The notes under the pieces: model-generated
The model's database searches: none
What the model was told of the DNA's origin: nothing
Seen by the model: the letters and a program-made list of their open reading frames with translations, nothing else
Assembly (NCBI GenBank): GCA_030141605.1
Contig: JAQGDQ010000278.1
Span: 124,001-188,000, forward strand
Direction of reading: 5' to 3'
Source of the DNA: Tubiluchus corallicola
Taxonomy: Eukaryota > Animalia > Priapulida
DNA length: 64,000 bases
Shown here: in pieces, positions 14,549 to 47,900 of the stretch
How the letters are laid out: each line of letters starts with the position of its first letter
Numbering within the stretch: position 1 is the stretch's first letter
Position numbers and translations under genes: made by a program

Positions 14549-14880
14549 ATGTGAGTTTTTTTAGAAGTATTTGAGCTTTGAACTTTAATCATCCGCTAGC
14601 TTTTTGACCCTTAAGCGTCTTATAATTTTGTCTTTACTTTTTAACTAAGTTACATTACAGTTGTGGATCAGGAATTTATAATATAATATTATGCGTTTAA
14701 TCCATTTTATACGCCTGGATAACATCCGCACCCGTGTGAGTTTGAGTAGTATTTGATTTTTGACCTTTAAACCTGTACTACTTTTCTGAGTCTTGTAAGT
14801 TTTTTAGTAACTTATTAACTGACTTACATTGCAGTTGTAGATCTAGCTATTTATAGATTTTATGTGCTTGGATAATCTTT
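14549..14880 (+). repeat. Degenerate tandem duplication (unit about 150-185 bp)
   Basis: gtgagttt..gtatttga..tttaa ... ttacatt(a/g)cagttgt(g/a)gatc ... tggataa is repeated. Confidence 0.6.
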
Positions 14881-17487
14881 ACGGCATATTTACGAAAAAA
14901 ATACCGAGACTTACCGTTTCTACCGTTTGTCATAAAAGCTATTCTACGGTATCCTGTTATAGATTAGATATTGTGTAGTTTTTGCATAGGATTATTGCGT
15001 AATTTTAAATATGTATTGCACAAGTGCGTACATATTAACATCAAATTGATTAGTTTAACGTATAACTACCATATATTAAATAAACGTTGTTGTTTAGTTT
15101 TTGTGGTCTTTATAGCCACGTGGAAAGCAAAAATATGCTTTGCCTACGTTTGTACGTGCAATTTTAGCTGCACACTTAGCACAAACTCGGTTATCAAAGT
15201 GTGACAATGATCATTTAATCAGAAAAATGTGATTTTCTCTCTGCTTCTCTTAATGATTTTGAAGCATTAACTTCATGTACCAATTTAAATGCATCTTTTG
15301 TATTTCAGTGAGCTTTATTTTATTATGACTAACAAGACAGGTGTTATGCAGTCAATGATTTCCTTTTATTAACATCCGACATTGCTAGAGTTTCCTGTTT
15401 TTCTTTGCTTTAGTCTGACACTTTCACTTATGTGGGGGCGCTGTTGCTCTGCTAACTTAGACCGTCTTTGAATTTTTGATCGAGGAAAAGAATTATTGGG
15501 TTTTTTATTGTATTTGTATTTGTATAAGTGTTTATTTTCTTTTCAACAGCTGATTTATCAATACCTACTAAAATCTAAGTTCCAGAAATTTTTTATCAGT
15601 GGGTTCGTACTCGAATGAATAGAACGAGTGGCTTGACACACGCAAGGTTCTGGGTTGTGACACACGAATCTTTGTGGACGCATAATTGTTTCGAGCTTTC
15701 TCCTTTCTAAACTTATCTGTTTTTAATACTGCTGTTAATAACTAATAATAGCAAAGTCTAGTGCAATACTTTCGTTGCCGTTTCATGTTGCAGCGTATTA
15801 ATAATTTATCAAGCGTTTTATCAATTTGTAAGTGAAAACCACTGTTCACAATGCACGACTTTTCATTTCCATGCATAATGGTTTTAAATAAAAAGCATTT
15901 GTTGGATATAGACTAACACTTTAGATTGACATATTGTTTGCAGTTGCCCAGAGCAACATGCGCCAAAAGGATTGTTGTTGTTGCTAGCGACACCAGAATC
16001 GATATTATGGATGCGAGGCAGGTATATTTAATGCCGCAGAATCTTTGCACAGATGCCGAGCATGCATCAGTCAAAGAATTTGAATACTTGTTCATTTTTT
16101 GTGAACTGTTAAGGATTTTATCAACTTTCTTGAAAATAATTTCGCGCTAACTGCTATAAAGCTTGAGATGATGAAACTCAGAAAAAACGTTTATAAAAAT
16201 AATTTGCCGAAATTTCGATTAAACGGAGGCAAATTCGATGTTTTATGACACCAAACGTTTGTACGTTCAGATAAATCATAATGTTAAGTGAATACTGTGT
16301 TTAAAAAGTGCGAAGATTTGAGTGATACTAGAGGCACTGATAAGCTGTCAAATGTTTCGTATGTATGAGTGTGAGGATTTCGGGAAAAGTGACTGACTAT
16401 GGTACCTTTCAAAAGAATTCAAAACTGCCCCATGGCTAGTTTGTCTTTGCGTCATCTAAACGCTCGATTCCGGGGAAAGAAACCGTTGGTATGTGTTTAC
16501 TGCTGATTAAGCAAAACATTGTCGTGTAGTATAATATAAGTTTATAAAATTATATCTAGTTTTTCTAATATTCAAAATTACAGGCCAAACCTTCCTCATA
16601 ATTTCATTTGTTATAATTAAATATTTCAAACAGAACGAGATGCATATAATTATGCAATTTTTGTTTACGTAAACATAGAGCAGTGCAAATAATATCTATA
16701 AATGCCTGTTATATTAACAATAAAATTTTTGGCTGTATAACTACAAAATAGCTTGTAGTCAATAAGTTGTTCCATTTCTGTGCTTCTTTAACACATTACT
16801 AACATTCAGTAGTTTATGTACAATTCAACACATGAAATGTTTTATGGACAGTTTAGAGTAAAACTTCATGTTGGAATCACAATAATTTTTTGCGTACCAG
16901 AAGCCCCCCCCCCTGTAGAGCGGATCTGTGCAGTTTCCTCTTTCCTCGGCAGGGATGCTGGGCATTACGAGCCACTGCCTAAGCTGTCATTCTACACACA
17001 CACATACAAAACATTCCATAACCTGCTGCGCTGGGATACGATCTTGGGCCACAAAAAACCAATTACTTTTCCCTTCACTGACTTAGTAGTCTAATAGATG
17101 CTTGTCTTTGTTGGAAGACATTTCTCATACATTGTTGTTACGAAAGTTACATTTTACTGAAACAATTTAGCAAAATATGGGAAGTATTATACTATTAGTT
17201 TTTAAAGTTAGCTCAGTGTTTCTTATAAACTTAAACGAAATTAGTTGATTGAAAATAGTGCGTAGTAGTAAAACAGGCCTAGTTGCTAATATAGTGAATT
17301 TAGAATTTACCGAGATTGTGCAGTCAGCAGTCTTCTTGGATTGCTGTTGCTGCTGCTGTAGTCACAACAAACTCATCATCATCATCATCATCATCATACG
17401 CCCATCACGTCTGTTGTAGACATTTGGAAGGCAGAATTCTAAAATAAAGGAAATCTGCCCTTCAGACAGGTAAACACAGCAGTAATC

Positions 17488-17545
17488 CAACAAAAAACTA
17501 GACACTGCTATGCCGGTGGCTTGTCAGCACCATTTTCGAATATAT
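17488..17545 (+). repeat. Interspersed repeat 3' end (second copy on - at about 23380-23440)
   Basis: caaaaaactagacactgctatg..gtggcttgtcagca is present in both orientations. Confidence 0.55.
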
Positions 17546-18809
17546 AAATGTAAATATATAAATATAAATATAAATATATATATATAAACTCGCTTATAGT
17601 GACTGAGTGAGACTGACTGGCTGAGTAACTGTTCTGGACATTTTTAATCCGGGCTAGGTTGCGAAACGACAGTTGCTTAGCTTATCAGGGGTTAAAATGC
17701 ACATATCTACGACATCTAGTATTAAAGTGCACAGTTAGTTACGATGCGCCAATGGTTCATCCACTATACCAATTGTTAACTTGTTAAATGTCCATGTTAA
17801 ATAAACCCCCAATTTGTCAAGTTTTCAGCTTCTAAATATCGGTATTACTGATCATTCCGGGTACGAAATTTATTGCGATCAAAGGTTAAACGTACTTCCA
17901 GTTGCACAGTTAGACATCAATTATATAAAACCTATTGCTGACTGAGTATTTGCAAATTTTCCATCTTTTGACACAGTTAATGCCTTCGATGTTAACGTTT
18001 TATATCATTCTTAGAAAAGAAAACTTTTTGTAACATTGTAAATTTTATCGTAACTTTTTTTTAAAAAAAAGGTCCACCTATAAGTGCTTTGCCTTGGTGG
18101 CGGCTTATTTTTTTCCTGTTTTACACTGCGTTACTATGTTGGAAAAAATAAAATCAATCAATCAATAGATTGTGCAGAGGGTTTAATGAAGTATTTCTGG
18201 TGATTCGGGTGGACGAAAACTGCTGTAAGGTTAGGAGACTCTCTGTAGTCTATAAACTACCATCTTACTTCAGTGACACGAAGTTCTTGCGCAACTGCTT
18301 TAAACAAGTAGTAGTTCGATGATAAGTTACTGGCAATTTTGTGTAGTGTGCACGCAACCTTTATATAAGACCACAATCATCGGCACAATGTACAAGGGCT
18401 ATTATAGTTAAGCTGTGTAAAAGGCTGTAAGTTTATTAGTATGTAAGTGCACTGTTGTTCTAACAGTAAACATAATAAAAGTTATCAGCTCACTCAGTGT
18501 TTGGCAATCGGAAGTAACTTTATTCTGGCTGAAGGAGGTTGGCCTAAACGCTCTTTATACAGTCTGGCAGGTCAGCTACATTCGTGAGCTGCATTCTTAT
18601 TTTGGGCAATCAATCTTTTCCAATCTCCATTACACACACACCCAGTAACGTGCCCCGAACAATTTCTGTTTTTTCTTCGTAAGATGAACCTAAGAGGAGT
18701 AACTAGTTCTTGCGTAAGAATCCTCGTCTCTGGAATCTTCCAGGTTTTTCTCGTGCGATTTTTTAGGAAATTTGTTATCTGCCATGCTGCTGTTTTTAAG
18801 AAATACTAT

Positions 18810-18895
18810 AGTCTCGAGACTGCTGATTTTTCCTTTTTACACGGCGGTTATCAGTCTCGAGACTGCTGATTTTTCCTTTTTACACGGTGGCTATC
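18810..18895 (+). repeat. 43-bp tandem duplication
   Basis: agtctcgagactgctgatttttcctttttacacgg(c/t)gg(t/c)tatc twice. Confidence 0.9.
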
Positions 18896-19384
18896 ATCTC
18901 TAGATTCACGAAAACTTTCTCTGCCGTTTTCTATCAGTGCAAGCTTCGTTCTGAATTCTGAAATATATTAAATTTATTGCGTTCATTTTAATACAAGTAG
19001 ACACAAAGAAACCTAACTGGTAATTGTAATTGATTAGCATGTTAATTATCTTACTGCATTTTATGACAATGTGTTACACAAATTAAGAAAAATCTGTAAA
19101 TTAAAGAAAACCCTTGAACATCTTGAATTATATTCAAATGGGCGACTTTATCGCAACTAAAACTATTTACAGTGTACAGTTGGTAGAAGCGAACTATAAT
19201 TATATTTTTGCCAACTGCATTATATTCGTTAATTTGGATCATAGATTAGTTGCTACCAAGTTAGTGATTATGTTTAGGAGAGGAGCTAAGGACCTAGGCT
19301 GAACTTAAGCATAATTTTTGTTGTAAATTTTCATTTGATTTAATGTGATTTAACAACACGATCAGTTAGAGTATACAAAATACA

Positions 19385-19925
19385 CAGATGGATTGATTGA
19401 TAGATAGATAAATAGACAGACAAATAGTTAAAATTTATTAGAGAGTAAATCATTCAAGAACAAATAACAGAACTGCAGCAAATAGGAGCTTAACTTTGAG
19501 CCATAAGAGGCCAAAATTTCGCATAATTAAAATAAAACAATAAAAGAGAAAGACGACAAGGTGTGAGCGTAGACGTACTAATACCAGAAAGCGAATTGCA
19601 CATCATAAAAAGCACAGAGTTTGTGAAAACTTAAATGGATAAAACTAATAAATTAATTGGTGCTTCATCTTCATTTTATCTATACAGTAGTTTTCTCCGT
19701 TTTTCCTACATCTCAAAATACACGTTGGCAATAATTTACATATCCCAGGGTTTCTCATTAAATAAACAAACTTATCTGTATTATTGCAGTTATTAAAGTA
19801 GGCTTCGTTTATAGAACTATAGAATCTATCAAATTGGTACGTTCATCGTCAAAAACATTACAATGTAACAAGAAGTGCATCTCATCCGCGATAGCACCAC
19901 GATTACATAACTGACATAATAATGC
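19385..19925 (-). mobile_element. 3' remnant of a non-LTR retrotransposon (ORF2 C-terminal CCHC knuckle, 3' UTR, microsatellite tail)
   Basis: The - strand reads LCQLCNRGAIADEMHFLLHCNVFDDER (C-x2-C...H-x4-C), followed by AATAAA and a (TCTA/TCAA)n tail. Confidence 0.7.
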
Positions 19926-19981
19926 ATTAACATGTCATTTTTGTGCACTTAATTTGCATTTTGTTGTTGTTTTTTATTTAG

Positions 19982-42940
<22,959 letters not shown>

Positions 42941-43111
42941 CATGAGGCCGAACCCGTCAGTTGTGAAGTTTGCGTTGGTTTGCATGTTCATCGGGAGTAC
43001 GTACTGGATCTTGCCAGGCGCCATTTCTCGGAATACGAAGTCATGGAGCTTTTCTGTGAGATGGATGCATTTGTGGAGTGTGCAAAGTATTTGACGGAAG
43101 CTCTCCGGTAG
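42941..43111 (+). other. Candidate stop-codon readthrough extension of rhomboid (56 aa: HEAEPVSCEVCVGLHVHREYVLDLARRHFSEYEVMELFCEMDAFVECAKYLTEALR*)
   Basis: TGA-C context; frame open to TAG 43109-43111; about 50% GC; 25 of 56 codons start with G; long-range stem begins 7 nt after the stop. Confidence 0.5.
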
Positions 43112-43303
43112 GGGTAGTTATGTGCGCGGTATGGAGGACCTTACCTGCGCACAGCGTGCAAACCTGGAAGTCATGCTCACCTGGCATGGCATTGTGATAT
43201 TTCACAGGAATTTGCACGAGTATTATGTTATTATAGCCAAGGACAGTATCATCGTGCATTCCTGTGAAACTTGGAAGCAAATTTCACATTTGTACCGGTT
43301 CGG
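42948..43303 (+). other. Large structured RNA element (long-range stem 42948-42973 with 43277-43303, plus nested hairpins)
   Basis: 22 Watson-Crick and 2 G.U pairs of 26 nt. Inner stems TGCCAGG (43012-43018) with CCTGGCA (43180-43186), and TGTGCGC-GGT (43121-43130) with ACCTGCGCACA (43143-43153). Confidence 0.7.
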
Positions 43304-45067
43304 ACACTTCGATACTTAAGTAATTGTTGTAATTTTATATATATATGTATGTATAAAATGCACGTCTTTATTGATCTCTGTGTTTTAAATGAGCCAGTTA
43401 GTCAAGTAGTTCATGTAATTTTCTCTATCAGATCTGCTAACAGGTGACATATAGGGTCTAGGGTCCATAAGGCATGCAGTTAGTTATGTTTCGTACCTTG
43501 TTGATTTTAACGTGTCAGAACATTCCACTTATATGCTATAAGTGAAAACTAAATAGCAATCCCAGTGAATAATCATTTGTTAAAGTTTTTTGTGAAGTAC
43601 AGTTTACGCAGTGCAGTGCTGAGCTTTATTCTAGTAAATTTCATTTTCTGCACTTGCGCCATAACTGCCAACAATACTAAAAGCATATCATTTCATCATA
43701 TTCCTTTATAAATTTGTCATCTGCAAATGGGCTATTCAAATCTTTTAAATGCTGTTTTATTATCCAGGTAATTGTAATCGTAGAACAACAGTCATTTTTA
43801 TCTGGCCTAAATTATTATATCTTAGTAAAGAGCTATCATGATCATGTACTAAGCGGTTAGCAATATTACCCTTTTTAGTTTGCTGAATATTTTTCATCAA
43901 CGGTAGAACAAAATTGATTGTTTTGCAATGGGTTTTGACCTATTGCACATGTACATTGTACATAAGCCATGTACATGTTTTAATGGCTTGTGTGTTATGA
44001 TTTGTACATAACTGTATAGTTAATTTTTATGTATAATAGCTTATTTCAGGTACAAAAGGATATAGATGACACTTTACATTTGACTGTAATGATGGAATGT
44101 CATTACAATAAGAATTACCGTTTTGCTTTGACTGCATAAATTTGGAAATGCCTCTAGATTAAAATATCGACTTAAAAACAAGTCTCCACCTACTAAAATA
44201 TTTATGCATCCTAATATATACATCTTATGTATATAAAATTTACTGCAATATATAATTAGTCATATCCCTCTGTGGAAAGAACAAAATAGTGCTCCCATTT
44301 TTAATCTTTTTTTACCATTTCTAACCTTGAAGTTTACAAACTTTTTTTGGTTGTTATCCCTATTGGAGATGTCGTGTTTCTATATATTTTGTGGAAACAC
44401 GACAACTTTATCGAATATTCTATCGAGATGTTATACTTTCAGACGTTGTATCACCATTCAATAGTTTCTTCTGTGGCATTTTCATCGATTTGTCAAAATA
44501 CCTATATTGTATTTTTCTGAACATTTTTGTACTTTGGGAATATGGAAACTGTTTCTACTTATTCAAATACAATAAGTATACTTCTTATTGTACATAGCTT
44601 CTTAATGTACAAGAAATAAAAGAATTTCTATATTTGTAGTCAAAATGCTAAGATCTTCAATGCATGTCAGTGTTGCCAGATTTGGTTATGTTGTGAACAT
44701 TTTGTAAATAAGCAGTAAAATGAACTTTTTTGATGATTTATTTATAATGATTATTATAATTTATTCTACATAGATCTTACGTACAGTAAATTTTTTTATG
44801 AGCTAATCATATTTGTCTGAAATTAACTGATTTAAATGATCACCAAAGACGATTTACTATTTACTCTCACTAATCAGTACAGTTTCAATTGATCTGTATG
44901 ATTTACCAATGCAGCTGTATGATATAAAAATAGTATTATAAGAAACATAGTTATCATAAGAAAACCTTATTACAAAACTGCTGCAGTATATAGTATCGTA
45001 CAAACTGTTCTAAGTTCAAATATTTTTGCTCAGTTTATGGTAAAGTAGTTTGGTAAAAATAGTAATA

Positions 45068-45235
45068 CAGTCAAACCTCTTTATGATGCCCCCTTTACAA
45101 TGCCAACCTCGCTTAACGCCCATATTTTAAGCAAAACAAAACGTCTACACTTGCATAGAAGTGTATGTATTAATGTACCCTGTTATAATGCTAAACTCAC
45201 TATCCCAATGTAGGTGGTATAAAGAGGTTTGACTG
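45068..45235. mobile_element. Tc1/mariner-pogo (Tigger-like) MITE in the rhomboid 3' UTR
   Basis: Perfect 17-bp TIR CAGTCAAACCTCTTTAT and TA TSD on both sides. Confidence 0.85.
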
Positions 45236-46547
45236 TACATGTTTAAAATGGCTAATTCTAATGTGAAATTACAGTTTTGTGTAAAGCTGCTAATTGGATA
45301 TCAGCAATGCATTTAAATTAATGTCTACCTCGCTGAGGTTTGATTGCCAGTTGTCTTTATATACAAAAATCTAGAATGCTATATATTTTGCCTTTTAAGT
45401 TCTTGCCTAGCAAATTTATTTTCTGCAAAATTCCGAAGAAGTTCCATGTAATACCATGTTAAACGAGTGCCAAGTTTCAGTAGGTAATACACAGTTAACT
45501 TTTCTCCTACTCGTGAAGTCAAAAAATAAGTTGTACAGGCACCTGTTCTGTTACTCGACTATTCTTAAATATTCTACCTTGATTTTACAATGAACAACTA
45601 CATTAAGATCTATCTGAAAGGCTACATTCCTAAACACTTTTATGGCAAAGATGTATACCAGCAAATTTGATAATTTCAAATAAATAATACAGTAATACAT
45701 GGTATCAGTAGTCAGTATAAAATATAAATGAAGACAAAACATATTAAAATAACTGTTTTGATTGTCACTTAGTGTTACTGCACCAAATTCTGACTATTTA
45801 TAAAAGACAAACATATTATGTAGGAATTGCTAAATTATCTAATGAGTTTTTGCTTGAATAAACATTAATAAATTTATTGTTTTTAAACTGTCTTTAAACT
45901 GAAGCATGCCTAAGTGTTTCACCTCAACTGGCATTTCTGTTTGCTTTAAAAAAACGAATTGCTTCAATTTAACACTGCCATGTACAAAATCAGGTTAAAG
46001 TTGCAAACGCCCCTTCAGAATGTTTTCAGAGCTCAATGCACCATTTTTAGAAACTGTAGATATGTATGAAGGTCTTATGGCCACACTGGATTTCCCTACT
46101 GAAGTGTCACCTCTGCCAAATCATTCCAACTTCCATGTTTTATTCGAATATAATCTAACATTTTAATTGAATTTTCTAGGCAGTTTTTTTAAATCCTTTA
46201 GTTTATGGAACAATTTCCATTGTTAATTTTTATGCACCTTTGCTATAGCATCCTGTTAACTTGCATGTGTCCGCATGGTCATCATAGTTCTAAGTGAGTT
46301 GTTACGTTGCTTTATTAGTTATTACCTATTAAAATTATTCTCCACCATTATAAGTAATACTGTGACTAATCTTTGAACGCCTCTTGTAAAGCTAATTACC
46401 AATTTGTAATCTCTTTATGTTACTATAATGTAGCCTACTTCATTGTCTACTACCTTTTTCTACATTAAACTTCATTTTTATCAGTAACCATTGATGTTGT
46501 TGATGTCACATCTGTAAAGCAACTTCTATTTTGTGTTTGTAAAGTAC

Positions 46548-46553
46548 AATAAA
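46548..46553 (+). terminator. Probable distal poly(A) signal of rhomboid (AATAAA followed by a GT/T-rich tract); proximal AATAAA also at 44615
   Basis: AATAAA followed by tgtttcttttgtttgtgtg; T-rich skew of the + strand changes to A-rich skew beyond about 46650. Confidence 0.5.
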
Positions 46554-46618
46554 ATGTTTTCAAATGATAAATGTTTCTTTTGTTTGTGTGTTAAATGCTG
46601 TCTTGTAGGGAGATGTGT

Positions 46619-46624
46619 TTTATT
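46619..46624 (-). terminator. Candidate poly(A) signal of the RhoGAP gene
   Basis: TTTATT on + (AATAAA on -), about 0.9 kb past the stop, at the end of the A-rich-skew region. Confidence 0.4.
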
Positions 46625-47558
46625 CATTTTACTTAAAACATTAAGTTATGATGATGTCATACATCAAGTTAATGAAGCTGAATGAAGAACCATACAATAT
46701 TAATAATTGCATATATACTGCACTATAATTATAATACTATAGATTATATTTATCATCAGCTAAAATGATCAATCTGCAGTGTCTGTATAAAAACATTAAT
46801 GGGGATGTGATATTTTAACATTAATGGAGATGTGATATTTTATACTTCTTTTAAACAGGATATGCGTAGATAAAATATACTCGAAGCAGTGTACTTCACA
46901 CAAATGTATTCAGAAACAAATCTGCAGTACAAAACAATAAACTAAGGCTCAAATGTTGTTTAAAAAGTTAACTCAACTAATTCACTTCAGTGTTTTGCAT
47001 AGAAAACCTATTACAGTACTAAAATAATGAAATTCTCTTAGGGCATATTTATAAATGAAAGATAAGAAGACGGCTATAATCATAAAAAGTGTGCAGAAAA
47101 GTAAATCCTGTATCCATATAATAAAACAAGCTTTACTTGCATACCTAATTTGCTGTCTATAACAATCGTTAATACATCAGTTCATAAACTAATTATCATG
47201 ATGCATCCGCATAGTAATGCTCAATTATCCTACTTTGCTATAATATTATACATACATATATGTGTATATACAAAAAATTAAAAACACGTATTTGATTAAA
47301 GTATGATTGCGTGATTTTTGCCAGCAAAAACAAAAATATGAGTTGCAAACTAGCGCACCAAATGTATAAGAACATTCATATCTAGTGACAATATCTAACA
47401 TGATCTTCATAAGTGCGAACACATACTATGTATACAAATAACTATTCTTCAAGTAATAACAAAATATATTATTAGCACAATTTAAATTAACAAAATGATC
47501 TATACATTAAATACAAATTTGATAAGGCATTTAACAATGCACAGCACGTCCCAAAACA

Positions 47559-47900
47559 TCACTTATCAAAGCTGCTGGAAGGCGGCGGAAGAGCGGGTCT
47601 TTCCGACAGTGAAAGACGCTCAGGAATCGGCGGCTTTTCCGGTAAGGGCACTTTTTGGTCCAAGAATGATATCAAGTCAGGATGAGAGCAGCTGGCAGAT
47701 GGATCATTCAGTTGTTGCTGAGTGTCCTGTCGACTTGCATCTGCACCAACTAATAAGGGGCGCTGCTGTGTTGCACTGAGAGGAACATCTGGTGAGGTTC
47801 TCTTTCTCCTTTCCAATGAACTAGATTTACTCTTCTCCAGACAAGCACTGCTCCATTTCTCAGAATTACTTATAGCTCTGTCTAATGAGTTCGCCTTGTC
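47559..47900 (-). CDS. ARHGAP17/44: RhoGAP terminal exon (DKANSLDR...[10 protein letters not shown]...SSSFDK*)
   Basis: atttcag|GAC acceptor on -; 342 nt, phase 0; TGA at 47561-47559. Confidence 0.85.
   Translation of the reverse strand, partial: DKANSLDRAISNSEKWSSACLEKSKSSSLERRKRTSPDVPLSATQQRPLLVGADASRQDTQQQLNDPSASCSHPDLISFLDQKVPLPEKPPIPERLSLSERPALPPPSSSFDK

Noticed and set aside
42942-43319. Selenoprotein interpretation of the 125-codon frame with an internal TGA (or of the rhomboid TGA)
   Set aside because: I could not identify a SECIS (AUGA...AA...GA kink-turn stem) by eye, and there is no redox motif around the UGA. SECISearch would be needed to exclude it formally.
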